The notes beneath the pieces are model-generated. The model saw only the letters and a list, made by a program, of their open reading frames with translations, ran no database searches and had not been told where the DNA came from. A stretch of 64,000 nt of DNA, taken from positions 62,001 to 126,000 of IMG/VR virus record IMGVR_UViG_3300028045_000001. One strand, written 5' to 3'. Of the stretch, positions 30,980 to 41,076 are shown piece after piece; the first letter of the stretch is position 1, and each line of letters opens with the position of its first letter. The translations under genes and the position numbers were made by a program.

Positions 30980-31766
30980 TATCATTAAACGATTGTTGGA
31001 TCCAACTCCCGCTTGCAATTTTACTCCTGTGAGTCTAAAGGCAGATTGGAAATTGCCAAAGACACCCAGGACTACTCGTCCCGACAGTGCAGTAGATATG
31101 AAAGGTTTATCTCTAAATGATGCGCAGGGCGGTGAAAGTGACGGTATAGTTACCATTGATACGTTTCTTGAAGGCGGAGCCAAAGATGCCGCTACAGAAT
31201 GCAATGGTGAATCCACTGTAACGGATCTCCCTTTCTCATTAAAATTAGAGAAAGTATTGGATGGGTCGTTGCATCTAACGGTGATCATAATGGGATACAT
31301 TGATCAGCCATTCTCATGGATACAATTAGAGAAGGTACTGATGCGATTATCGGAGTCAGATAGTGTTACTATGTACATTATCTCTGGCGGTGGCAGCATT
31401 GCGGGTGGCATGTGCGTAGTGTCTGCTATGAAAAAATGTAAGGCGAGGATAACGACTGTTGGCATGGGAGTAATTGGATCAATGGGGTCTGCTATTTGGA
31501 TGTACGGGGATGAGTTGATCGCTATGCCGATGTGTGAGATAATGTACCATATGTCTGCTGGAATGTCATTTGGAAACTCCCTTGCTGCGAAAGAGGACGC
31601 CGAAAACATTGTGGATTATATTAACAGCATTTTTTTACGGAAGGCTGTGGAGTTAAATATCATTACTCCAGAAGAAGCTGAAATGATAAATAAGAATAAA
31701 CAGGATGTTTACATAACAGCTGAGGAGTACAATGCTCGACAGGGGGGAAGTAGAGATGATCAATAA
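30972..31766 (+). CDS. clpP: ClpP-like serine protease with intact triad and ~90-aa N-terminal extension
   Basis: MYIISGGGS (INSPGG), IGSMGS (Ser), IMYH (His), QDVYITAEE (Asp); GGAGGTGG RBS, ATG 30972 overlaps protease stop. Confidence 0.8.
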   Translation: MTNIIKRLLDPTPACNFTPVSLKADWKLPKTPRTTRPDSAVDMKGLSLNDAQGGESDGIVTIDTFLEGGAKDAATECNGESTVTDLPFSLKLEKVLDGSLHLTVIIMGYIDQPFSWIQLEKVLMRLSESDSVTMYIISGGGSIAGGMCVVSAMKKCKARITTVGMGVIGSMGSAIWMYGDELIAMPMCEIMYHMSAGMSFGNSLAAKEDAENIVDYINSIFLRKAVELNIITPEEAEMINKNKQDVYITAEEYNARQGGSRDDQ

Positions 31767-32445
31767 AGGCGCTGCAAGCGTAGGGATGATCGACAGTATT
31801 GTCTCTATGAACGATATGGAGGATATAGAACATATCTCTAAGATAGTCGTAGGGGAGGCTCCTGTCAAGGAGAGTAAAGGGGATGACGAGGATAGCCCTG
31901 GTAAATGCTTCGACGTCGTCTATGATGCACATGGACAAAGGACAATTGTTTCTTACATCGAGGATTTATGTGAATGGGACACCACAACATTTACATTACT
32001 ATCTATTTTGTTATCTGAACCTGAAGATACGACTATAGTCATAAATGCGGGTAGTATGTATGCCCAGCCACATACACTTATTGCTACCATGAATGCAATA
32101 GCTAATTCAAACGCAAAGGTTATAGTTGATATCAGATGGGGAAACGCAGCTACGTATTTATTAGCTGCTGTTGCGGATGAGGTTACTGTCAATGAGACAT
32201 CGTGCGTGGTGTTCAATCAGTTTAGAGCCTATGGGTCTGGTACAGTAGAACAGGCCAGACAGAGGACAACGGTAGCATCAAAAAGAATCAGTGCGCTCTA
32301 CGAAATATTAAGATCAACTGGGCTATTGACAGATGACGAAATTAATAAACTATCCACTGAACATACTACTTCTATTTGGTTATATGGCGATGAGCTAATG
32401 GAACGAATAGCAAAGAAGAACTCGATGTCAGTTAGCAAAGTATAA
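31756..32445 (+). CDS. ClpP-fold protein lacking catalytic triad (ClpR-like)
   Basis: Collinear with upstream ClpP: GNAATYLL (Ser->Asn), VVFNQ (His->Asn), TSIWLYGDE (Asp->Ser); ATG 31756 overlaps the end of clpP (ORF track 31732). Confidence 0.65.
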   Translation: MINKGAASVGMIDSIVSMNDMEDIEHISKIVVGEAPVKESKGDDEDSPGKCFDVVYDAHGQRTIVSYIEDLCEWDTTTFTLLSILLSEPEDTTIVINAGSMYAQPHTLIATMNAIANSNAKVIVDIRWGNAATYLLAAVADEVTVNETSCVVFNQFRAYGSGTVEQARQRTTVASKRISALYEILRSTGLLTDDEINKLSTEHTTSIWLYGDELMERIAKKNSMSVSKV

Positions 32446-32462
32446 CATTTTCGATAACCCAC

Positions 32463-32496
32463 CACATCGCGTGTTTTAATAGAAACACGCGATGTG
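32463..32496. terminator. 14-bp stem hairpin ending the protease cluster
   Basis: CACATCGCGTGTTT-taatag-AAACACGCGATGTG. Confidence 0.7.
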
Positions 32497-32519
32497 ATTA
32501 CATATATGAGGTATATGAA

Positions 32520-33782
32520 ATGCACAATATATTTGTTCAATTTAATGAGTCCAACAAAAAACTTACAGATATGGATATATTGGAATCAACTATGAAGTTC
32601 TTTGAAGAGTTTGAAGAAGTAGATGAGTTATTCCGAGAGCTCGATTCTGAGTTGAACAGGTGCAGTAATGCACAACTTATTTGTGCTACAGTGAGCGAGT
32701 TCGGGCTTACTCCCGCCGTAGCCAAAGTTACAAGTGACCATGACTTAACAATGGCACTTGGTGAGCAAACCGCGTCATTGCAGCAATTTATAGATGGAAC
32801 TTCTGAAAAGGCCATTGAAGTAGAAGTCGTAATGAATGAAATGAAAAAATTCATTCAGGACAGTATGAATACTCTAGTAAAGATAGTGCTCACAGTAGTT
32901 AAAAAACTCATAGAGCTTAGTGGGAAAGTAGTGACCTACATAATCCGTGCGCTTAATCACAATAAAGACGAGGTTCGTGAATTACGGGAAACCATGGATG
33001 AGACCATCAAAGAAGTTACGGAGGTGTCAACCAAAGATATCAGTTCAAGAAACCCAATGTATACAGATGAATATGTCATGAATGTAGAATTATGGCATGC
33101 TGGGAAACATCCAAAGCAAGCGGAAATCGAATTGACTCCTACTACTAACTATGCTGCGTTTGTTAAAATTCGTGAGACACTGGCGAATAAGGCAAGCATG
33201 CTGCAGGATACTGACGCTTTGATCCAAGACTTCGTCGGTAATTTAGATACGGAATACTACAATACGTTCCAAGAAATTTTAAAGGGATTGCATTTCGATT
33301 TCTATTGGGATAAGAAGAACCTAAGTCTAAATAGATTATCATTAGATAAATCTAAAATTGGAAAGAAGGGCGGCGCTAAGGGAATAGACAATAAGACGAA
33401 GAAGCCTCATTTCGAGGCTAAGTTAAATGAGCTGCTAACTGGGCAATTAGATAATCAAATGGCACCAGTACTCGTTATGATTAATGCACAAAATGGATTG
33501 ATCAAAGATACGAAGAAGTATCTTACCGAATTAATTAAATCATTTGATGGAACTAATATACAGCCCAATGATAAACATTATCAAGTGGCCTCACAATTGG
33601 AAGAACGATATGGCTCTACTGGTAGAAGCGATGACGGTAAGGGTGGGATCCATGAGCTGAGTAAGGCGGTTCTCGCATACAGAAGATCTATAATGGAACG
33701 ATGCCTGTATGTAAGTAATACGCATACAAAAATGATTAGCATTATATGCAAAACTATGGCTTCGACCATACCAAAAAAATAA
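32520..33782 (+). CDS. Putative internal head (ejection/inner body) protein, paralog 1
   Basis: Acidic N-terminal propeptide-like region, SLQQFID...EVVMN motif, then amphipathic helix, as in phiKZ internal head paralogs. Confidence 0.6.
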   Translation: MHNIFVQFNESNKKLTDMDILESTMKFFEEFEEVDELFRELDSELNRCSNAQLICATVSEFGLTPAVAKVTSDHDLTMALGEQTASLQQFIDGTSEKAIEVEVVMNEMKKFIQDSMNTLVKIVLTVVKKLIELSGKVVTYIIRALNHNKDEVRELRETMDETIKEVTEVSTKDISSRNPMYTDEYVMNVELWHAGKHPKQAEIELTPTTNYAAFVKIRETLANKASMLQDTDALIQDFVGNLDTEYYNTFQEILKGLHFDFYWDKKNLSLNRLSLDKSKIGKKGGAKGIDNKTKKPHFEAKLNELLTGQLDNQMAPVLVMINAQNGLIKDTKKYLTELIKSFDGTNIQPNDKHYQVASQLEERYGSTGRSDDGKGGIHELSKAVLAYRRSIMERCLYVSNTHTKMISIICKTMASTIPKK

Positions 33783-33791
33783 TGCTTTATG

Positions 33792-33821
33792 ATAGCAGCT
33801 CCAAACATTTGGAGCTGCTAT
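33792..33821. terminator. 14-bp stem inverted repeat with 2-nt centre
   Basis: ATAGCAGCTCCAAA-ca-TTTGGAGCTGCTAT. Confidence 0.7.
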
Positions 33822-33841
33822 AAGTAAGAGGGCGACGATAA

Positions 33842-35962
33842 ATGGATACTGTGTTGTTATATTTCAAAGATTACTTGGCTAAGTGTGCGGTTATTTATGA
33901 TGCAGAGACGCCCAATAAATCCTTTATTAAACTGAGTACCATTTATAAAAAAAAGGGGATAGAGAACAATAAATGGATGTTAGCTCTGTGCCAAAAAGAT
34001 CTAATAGGGGTTGATCCACATAGTAGTGAATTATCGTATGATCAGAAATTAAAAATAGGACTCGAGTGCAAGATAAACCCCATATATTTTTTTAGAGAAG
34101 TTTGTCGTGTGCCAGTGACGGGATCTAACCCAGTTCCTTTTTTGGCGGACCAAGCTAACCTACCTGTACTGTGGCTGTTTCTTAGTAGTATAAACTTGTT
34201 CGAAGTCATAGCAAGACAAATTGGTAAGACTGTATGTATGTTAGCAATATATGAGTATATAACGTATATAGGCTACTACAACTCCTCATCGAGTATGGTA
34301 ACACAGACAGACAAACTCCGCGTTGAAAATATCTCTAGGCTAAAGGTAATGCGCGATGCCCTTCCTAAATGGATGCTGCATAAATCCATAAGGGACAGTG
34401 ATAACAAAGAGGAGCTGTACTACGAAGCGTTGGGCAATAAGCTACTCACCTTTGTTGGGTCGGCGGATCGAAATGCAGCGGATGGTAAGGTACGTGGCCT
34501 TACTGTACCAACTCTAGGCTGGGACGAGTTCCCGTACATCAAAAATAATGAGGTCATGTATAAAGCTGCCACTGCCACCATGTCTACTGCAATTGAACAA
34601 GCGCGGGAAGCTGGAGTGCCCTCAGCCAATATGATATTCACAACGGCAGGGGATCTCACCACAAGGGATGGTAAGTTTGCTTACTCGCTTGTACTTGGCG
34701 CGATGTCATGGCAGGATATACTATTTGATAGCATTGATATGAGTAGCCTAAAGAAAACTGTCAATGCAAACAGCGTTAATGATATGGTTTATATCACCAA
34801 ATCCTATCTGCAATTGGGGAAGACTAAGGAGTGGTTAGAAGAGCGTAGAAGAAAGAACTCGTTGTCTGAAGCAGAGTTAGATAAAGATTTTAGATGCATT
34901 TGGTCAACGGGGAACAGGGAAACTTCAGTGGTTGATCCTACGATACTCAAACTATTAAACGAGTATCAAAGGGATCCCGAGTATATACAACAATATGACA
35001 ATACTCATATATGTTGGTTTAAAAGTAAGGCTGACATTGATAGGATTGCTCCAACAATATCGTGTGTTATGGGGGCTGACGGCAGTGAGGCCATAGGAGC
35101 TGATTTCACGACATTCGTTATAACTGACTCCTCTGATCTTTCTGTGCTCGGCACATGTAAATGCAATATATCCAACTTGTTACAATTATCAGAGATGATA
35201 TTTGAACTGCTGATGAAATTTAAACGCATGATCTTCGTGCCAGAACGCAATAGCACAGGGGCGGCCATAGTAGACAACATATTGATATTCTTTTCACGTG
35301 CGAATGTCAATCCATATAAACGAATATTTAATACATTTGTTGATACAGGGGATAATTTAGCAGTTAGTAAAATAAACCAACTTATAAGTCCACTTGGCTC
35401 AGATAAAAAACGATTTGGATTTAGGACTACGGGAAGATCAAGAGATCTACTATACAATACTGTATTACACGACAGTATATCCGAATGTAAAACCAAACTA
35501 TATGATCAAAGACTTATAGAAGAGATACAAGGGTTGGAGAAAAGGAATGGTAGGATTGATCACTCTGAGGCCGGACACGATGATTTACTTGTGGCTTGGC
35601 TACTGTGTCTGTGGTTCATAAAGTACGCCAGGAATACACATCTTTACGATATAGATAGTTCTAAATTTATGGTCAACCATATAGATCCACACGCCAAGTA
35701 TACCAAGCAAGAAATAGAGCAACAAATGCAGCTTAGAGTACGCCGAGAAGGATTGGTGGAACTTATAAAAATATCATTCTCCAATTCTATGGGCGAGGTA
35801 TATAAACGAGAACTGAGGCTCATTGAATCGGCTATCAATGAAGATATTAAAGTTCCCGTTAAAACCGCCAGTGACGTTGAAGAATCTGTCCGCAAAAAAA
35901 GAGATAATAGAAAGAGGGATTTGCCAGCAACGTTACGACGCTTTTACCCACCGGCAGTATAA
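33842..35962 (+). CDS. terL: Terminase large subunit (phiKZ gp25-like)
   Basis: Walker A ARQIGKT, Walker B LGWDEF, coupling motif TTAG, nuclease MGADGSE and RIDH...GHDDLLVAWL. Confidence 0.92.
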   Translation: MDTVLLYFKDYLAKCAVIYDAETPNKSFIKLSTIYKKKGIENNKWMLALCQKDLIGVDPHSSELSYDQKLKIGLECKINPIYFFREVCRVPVTGSNPVPFLADQANLPVLWLFLSSINLFEVIARQIGKTVCMLAIYEYITYIGYYNSSSSMVTQTDKLRVENISRLKVMRDALPKWMLHKSIRDSDNKEELYYEALGNKLLTFVGSADRNAADGKVRGLTVPTLGWDEFPYIKNNEVMYKAATATMSTAIEQAREAGVPSANMIFTTAGDLTTRDGKFAYSLVLGAMSWQDILFDSIDMSSLKKTVNANSVNDMVYITKSYLQLGKTKEWLEERRRKNSLSEAELDKDFRCIWSTGNRETSVVDPTILKLLNEYQRDPEYIQQYDNTHICWFKSKADIDRIAPTISCVMGADGSEAIGADFTTFVITDSSDLSVLGTCKCNISNLLQLSEMIFELLMKFKRMIFVPERNSTGAAIVDNILIFFSRANVNPYKRIFNTFVDTGDNLAVSKINQLISPLGSDKKRFGFRTTGRSRDLLYNTVLHDSISECKTKLYDQRLIEEIQGLEKRNGRIDHSEAGHDDLLVAWLLCLWFIKYARNTHLYDIDSSKFMVNHIDPHAKYTKQEIEQQMQLRVRREGLVELIKISFSNSMGEVYKRELRLIESAINEDIKVPVKTASDVEESVRKKRDNRKRDLPATLRRFYPPAV

Positions 35963-35995
35963 AATATTAAATTGTTGGGATAAGGATATATTAAA

Positions 35996-37243
35996 ATGTA
36001 TAAGAATCTGAAAGAGGCGTTCAATAAAAACTTTGAAGTTATAATAACCCCAGCCATTATAAATCATATAGAAAATTATTGTATCCAATGGGAGCTACAT
36101 AAGAAACATCCTTTGACATTAAACAGCGTATACATAGGAATCCACAAATTAAGTTTTTTAAACAGTGAGGATGGCCAATACCTACTTGGGTTATTCGATA
36201 CAACCATTAAAGAAGTAGCTGCTGTGTTAAAGAAGACAGAGGGTGTAGAGTTCAAGCACAACGTAGCATCCCACCCTTACAATCTTTTTGCTTTGTGGGT
36301 GTACTACAAAATAGTTCATTCCAATGTATCGGCTAAACAGAAGCATACTGCGTGCTTTTGTTTGTTGAAGATGCTGCAGTATAAATTTTTTTCTGGGAGA
36401 ATACGGATACATTTTAAGCATCCTCCAGATCAAGCAACTATGGATTATACATTAAATGAACTGGATAACAAATTCGATATCGTTAAGTATGGGACATGGA
36501 AGAAGGTAATAGAGGCTGCATCACTCGATATCATGGACAAGAAGTCCATTCACTATAATGCACTACGGACATTTGCAACAGATAAGGACGTAAGAGATGT
36601 GGTGGTCAATACGTTCAATAAAGTCTCAAGTAGGGTTAAGATTATAGCGCAAGCATGGTACCGTAACAAAGCACATGATAGGGTCATCACCTCGTCTGCG
36701 TTGACTACGGAATTTGAAGGGAAAAAGATAATAAAGAATATAAGTGGGATTGAGAACATGCTGTCCTCCATACATTCGCAAATAATATCTGGTCCAGCAT
36801 TTATAGATCATAACGATATGGAGATAGTGGTATCTATAACTAGAAAAATTAGCTCCGAGATGCTGCAGCGAACACTTATGCAACTATCAGATGTAGCATT
36901 GCAACAGGCCCGTATGGATAAGCACGAAGCTATTACAAAAATTAAGGGGTATGAGACAATAGTAAGTATGAGGATGTTAGTTAATGAATTACTACTAGTT
37001 GTTTACAATGCATGCCTTTTAGAAAAAGTTAATACAAAGAACCCACTTAGGATAATAGAGAAGGCATCCAACTTAATGCAGTCGTCACAGATAAAAGACC
37101 TGCGTGTACTAAGAGTTAAACGATCATTGGATCACTTCATAACTGAACTCGGCATTAGTCGACGCCACGCTACGATAGTGTCACTTAGATCGGCAGTTGT
37201 AATATATCTCTTATTGAGGTCATTTAAATACATGGCGAATTAA
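35996..37243 (+). CDS. phiKZ-like conserved virion/head protein (415 aa)
   Basis: HNVASHPYNLF, LQYKFFSG, L.NKFDIVKYGTWKKVI patterns recalled from the phiKZ gp32-like family. Confidence 0.55.
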   Translation: MYKNLKEAFNKNFEVIITPAIINHIENYCIQWELHKKHPLTLNSVYIGIHKLSFLNSEDGQYLLGLFDTTIKEVAAVLKKTEGVEFKHNVASHPYNLFALWVYYKIVHSNVSAKQKHTACFCLLKMLQYKFFSGRIRIHFKHPPDQATMDYTLNELDNKFDIVKYGTWKKVIEAASLDIMDKKSIHYNALRTFATDKDVRDVVVNTFNKVSSRVKIIAQAWYRNKAHDRVITSSALTTEFEGKKIIKNISGIENMLSSIHSQIISGPAFIDHNDMEIVVSITRKISSEMLQRTLMQLSDVALQQARMDKHEAITKIKGYETIVSMRMLVNELLLVVYNACLLEKVNTKNPLRIIEKASNLMQSSQIKDLRVLRVKRSLDHFITELGISRRHATIVSLRSAVVIYLLLRSFKYMAN

Positions 37244-37244
37244 C

Positions 37245-37288
37245 TATGTGACATACGAACGCCTTGCAAGGCGTTCGTATGTCACATA
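37245..37288. terminator. Perfect 44-bp loopless palindrome (centre TTGCAA) between convergent genes
   Basis: TATGTGACATACGAACGCCTTG|CAAGGCGTTCGTATGTCACATA. Confidence 0.88.
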
Positions 37289-37293
37289 TGTAC

Positions 37294-38508
37294 TTACCTT
37301 AAAGAATCTAATTCCTTTTTAACGTATTTTTCTGTAGCTATCGATATAGTGGAAATATCTCCTATAAAGCTATACGCCATCTTAGTTATTTCATGTAATA
37401 ATTTTGACCCACATGTTATGGCGGCGGCAGAGTGTTTCTGAACTTTTCGGTACTCAGTTGGGTCCCCTTTTGTTTCAGTTAGGAGTTTGCTGTATTCGTT
37501 TAGTTCTTTCGTTATTAACTGACCCGCCTTGGTTATAGCAACACCCCCACCCTCGACTGCAGTATCAATAGTAAATAAATAATCTGTGTCTAAGAATAGC
37601 TGGAAAATAAAGTATGCTTTCGTTAAATTATCAACGGTGCCGAATCGAAATTCGCCGGCAGTCATGGTTACCACTTCATATTTCATTTCTGGAGAAATAG
37701 CAACGTTGATGCCAAGCAGTCTAAATGCTTCAAATAGCTCAGTTGAGAGTGCTTCAGAATAATCTGGATCAGAATCATACCCTTTTCTTAAACTTTTTAT
37801 TTTTGTTTCCCAGGGAGTTATTAGTGACCCAAGTTGAGCGTACTTAAGTTTTTTAATTATTTTAATCTTTTCAACTATATCCTGAACTTTAGTTTTTATA
37901 ACAACTCTTTCTTTGAGTAGGTTGTTCTTGCTTTTTTTTGTGAACCACTCATGTGTAGCATCAATGACTTCTTTTTTGTTTGGGACTCTTTCTCCTCCGA
38001 GTGTACGTATAGCCAATTGGCGCAGTAGGTGATCTAATGTTGTCTCTTTCTTTTTTAGATCGGATTTAGATATCTTAGAAAATAGCTTAAATTTTCTAAG
38101 CAGCTTAATAAACATCTGGCGTAGTAGGGCTAAGAGTTTAACGAACTTATCATATCCAGTTTTAATAAGCTTAGTGATGCTATTCATCATGACTTCTTGC
38201 ACGATATCGACATCGTCAATATCATCCATATATCCTTGTAGAGATACATCCGATTCGATGAACAGCTCGTTGTAGTTCCGCTTTATGGCCAACTGAGCCA
38301 TCCCTTTATTTAGCCCATTCTCCGAGATTACTTCTGCAAATTGAGATACAGTCCCTATGTCATTAATGAGGGTGTCCATTTCAAAAACTACAGTATCTAT
38401 CTCATTGAATATCTCATTGATATCAATCCTTGCAGCAATAATATCAGAAGAAGTAGCCTCCTCAGTTCCCATTTCAAATAAAACTTCAATTTTATTTTTA
38501 TTTTTCAT
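37294..38508 (-). CDS. Putative internal head protein, paralog 2
   Basis: SLQGYMDD...QEVMMN motif; N-terminal similarity to 32520..33782 and 38540..39871. Confidence 0.6.
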   Translation of the reverse strand: MKNKNKIEVLFEMGTEEATSSDIIAARIDINEIFNEIDTVVFEMDTLINDIGTVSQFAEVISENGLNKGMAQLAIKRNYNELFIESDVSLQGYMDDIDDVDIVQEVMMNSITKLIKTGYDKFVKLLALLRQMFIKLLRKFKLFSKISKSDLKKKETTLDHLLRQLAIRTLGGERVPNKKEVIDATHEWFTKKSKNNLLKERVVIKTKVQDIVEKIKIIKKLKYAQLGSLITPWETKIKSLRKGYDSDPDYSEALSTELFEAFRLLGINVAISPEMKYEVVTMTAGEFRFGTVDNLTKAYFIFQLFLDTDYLFTIDTAVEGGGVAITKAGQLITKELNEYSKLLTETKGDPTEYRKVQKHSAAAITCGSKLLHEITKMAYSFIGDISTISIATEKYVKKELDSLR

Positions 38509-38539
38509 AGTTTTAATTTACATCTCCTCTTTTTATGCA

Positions 38540-39871
38540 TTACTCATGTTCTTTTTTAAGTTGCGTTAATAGTAATCCCAATTGATAGTTTACAGCGTTC
38601 CCGATTTTAATGAGTTCGGTCGTGTGTGCTGCCGTTGTTTTTAAAAGCTCCATGAGTATTTTGGAAGCTACCCCAACATTGATGCGTGACCTTTTTACCA
38701 CATAAGGAGTAGCAGTGCCGTTCTGCATATCCTCGGATTTAAACCTTTCGGCTTTCAATCTCAGAACCGTTTGATCCCACCAACGTAAAAAGAATTTATC
38801 TATAGATCTCAGTTCATCAGTGGATAATTTCTTCCAACTAAGGTATGCCTTTTTTGCCAACTCATCTGCAGTAGCTAACATCCGAGCTGGAGTGTGGCGG
38901 TAAATTTTACCATCGTTCATATATGCTATCGGCATATGATATTGTCTATATATGGTCAATAATTCATACAGGTCAGTAACTTTGTGTTTTACGCTGACGG
39001 GTTTTTTAGAAACTTTAAGTCCGTTGGAATTTAGTGGCCCTACTGCCACACCAAGTTTACTCAGATCCTCTATGACATCACTGGAGGATAGAAGTGTTGT
39101 ATAAAATGGAGTTGGAATAGGGATGGTGTTCTTTTTAAATGCATCCATCTCTTGTACAGATGCATCATGAAAGCTATTGATGGCATTGTAATCTATTGTA
39201 TTGAGTATCTCAATTGATTTAAACAACGAGGTAGGGGAATCACTAAGGTGTATGTTGGGCATTGTAACATTATGATCGCTGATTACTTCGAACACCCGAG
39301 AGTCGTCCACCCATTCGACTGTGCCGTCGCGCTTGAGCCTATCGGGTCCCTCATACATATCTATTATACCCCGAATGCGTTCAATAACGTCTTCGATCGA
39401 AATGTTATTTTTTTTTACTTTCACATCGGACTTAAACAAGAATGAAAAAACTTTTTTAGCTATCTTAATAAATAAGTCCCTAATATGATGCATGGCTTTG
39501 ACAATATTATCGTACCCCTTTTTAATGGTATCCGCAAGCCCATTCATCATAACTTCTTGAACAATAACTGAATCACACTGGTCGTCTATATATCCTTGAA
39601 GCGATGTATGCGAGTGCTTAAAAAAAGTATCGAGGTTATATTTAATTCCAAGGGTAGCCATCCCCTTGTCCAGTCCAGTTTCTTCAAGTGTAGTTTTAAA
39701 AATATCCATAGATTCTAACCTTCTATTATCGGAATCCATTTCATCTATGCTAACTGCAATTGTATCAAATAAATTATTTAGTTCGATCACGTCGTCAAGA
39801 TAATCTATCTCATTGTGGATAGGGATATTGCGTGATGGGTCAACATCCATATTTGCAAATAGGTCCTTCAT
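38540..39871 (-). CDS. Putative internal head protein, paralog 3
   Basis: SLQGYIDD...QEVMMN motif; AAGGAGAG RBS before ATG 39871 (ORF track 39937). Confidence 0.6.
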   Translation of the reverse strand: MKDLFANMDVDPSRNIPIHNEIDYLDDVIELNNLFDTIAVSIDEMDSDNRRLESMDIFKTTLEETGLDKGMATLGIKYNLDTFFKHSHTSLQGYIDDQCDSVIVQEVMMNGLADTIKKGYDNIVKAMHHIRDLFIKIAKKVFSFLFKSDVKVKKNNISIEDVIERIRGIIDMYEGPDRLKRDGTVEWVDDSRVFEVISDHNVTMPNIHLSDSPTSLFKSIEILNTIDYNAINSFHDASVQEMDAFKKNTIPIPTPFYTTLLSSSDVIEDLSKLGVAVGPLNSNGLKVSKKPVSVKHKVTDLYELLTIYRQYHMPIAYMNDGKIYRHTPARMLATADELAKKAYLSWKKLSTDELRSIDKFFLRWWDQTVLRLKAERFKSEDMQNGTATPYVVKRSRINVGVASKILMELLKTTAAHTTELIKIGNAVNYQLGLLLTQLKKEHE

Positions 39872-39890
39872 GTTGCTCTCCTTTGTATGA

Positions 39891-40730
39891 CTACACGATG
39901 TAATAAAGTAATCTGTTGAACTCCCTTTTATCGGCAATGATACTGGACCTTGAGAATTTTCTTAATTTTTCATTATATTCTGCTTCTTGATTTTCCCAGC
40001 TCCTGACTTTTTCAGCAAATGCCCCTATCTCAAATCCTCCTTCAATTCTTCCTTTATCCAATGACAATATTAGCTTATTATAAATATGCGCCTTTACTGC
40101 ACATACAGCTAAATCAACAAAAGATTGATACGCTGCCTCGCCAAGATTGTTTAAGTCCTTGTCATAATTAATCTTGAACGTTAGTACATAATTTAAGTGA
40201 GACTGAGTGGCTGGTATCAATTGGATTATGTTGGTACCAACTACTTCGGCTATTTGTGAGACACTTTCAGTTGCACCGGAGATCATTTCTATAACTCTTC
40301 CTCCAGCACCTGCCATTGTGTTAGTACCTCCAAGTCTAGAAAGCGAAAGGATTCCCGTCGCGTCACCAGTGGCGTTATCGAACACGGATGGGTAATTAAT
40401 AGATGTGACCGATGTTATATCGCCACCCTCTAATAGTTCTTTCGGTATTCTATAGATAGAGTATCGTCCTGAGGACCTTCGTTTATCGTTGTCATTTAAC
40501 TCTGGCATCACCGCCATTTCTTCCCTTAACATTATATCCTTGGTTCGAGCGCCCCTTAGATTTATATCTGGTAGTACCCAGGTGCCAAGGACTTGTTCCC
40601 TTATTACATTGTCTACATTGATCCTATTATCTCTCTTAGGATTAAATACCACATCAAGTATCTCTTTTGGCACAGTATTTGATAATCTCACAAAAAAAGT
40701 CTCTATTGGGTTGAATGAGCCACCAGGCAT
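39891..40730 (-). CDS. phiKZ-like conserved virion protein (~279 aa)
   Basis: NPI......VPKEIL..VF.....VDNVIREQVL..WVLPDINL.G pattern; GGAGG RBS before ATG 40730 (ORF track 40922). Confidence 0.6.
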   Translation of the reverse strand: MPGGSFNPIETFFVRLSNTVPKEILDVVFNPKRDNRINVDNVIREQVLGTWVLPDINLRGARTKDIMLREEMAVMPELNDNDKRRSSGRYSIYRIPKELLEGGDITSVTSINYPSVFDNATGDATGILSLSRLGGTNTMAGAGGRVIEMISGATESVSQIAEVVGTNIIQLIPATQSHLNYVLTFKINYDKDLNNLGEAAYQSFVDLAVCAVKAHIYNKLILSLDKGRIEGGFEIGAFAEKVRSWENQEAEYNEKLRKFSRSSIIADKREFNRLLYYIV

Positions 40731-40842
40731 AATTTGACCTCCTAAACTAGCCGTTAAAAGTGTACTGTAAGCAGTTATATAATAATCTAAAATTGATAAA
40801 TATTTTATACCCAATACAAGAATATTTATTAGGAGAACAGTT

Positions 40843-41076
40843 ATGGACAAAACAAAGCAGCCTCTTTCAAAGGTATTGTCAATGAAGCCAACAGAAGCTG
40901 ATCTTGGCTCCAGTGAGTTCAAAGAATTATGGAACTACATTAAGTCTTGGGAGATAAAAGTTCCCGGAGATACTGTCCACGATAGGGGGAGACCAGCAGG
41001 TCAGCATGTAATGGATATTCTGGTAGCAGTCGGCCTAAGGAACTCAGCCGATTATTTTAAATCAGATACAGAGTAA
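40843..41076 (+). CDS. Small hypothetical protein (77 aa)
   Basis: AGGAGA RBS; divergent from 40730. Confidence 0.65.
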   Translation: MDKTKQPLSKVLSMKPTEADLGSSEFKELWNYIKSWEIKVPGDTVHDRGRPAGQHVMDILVAVGLRNSADYFKSDTE

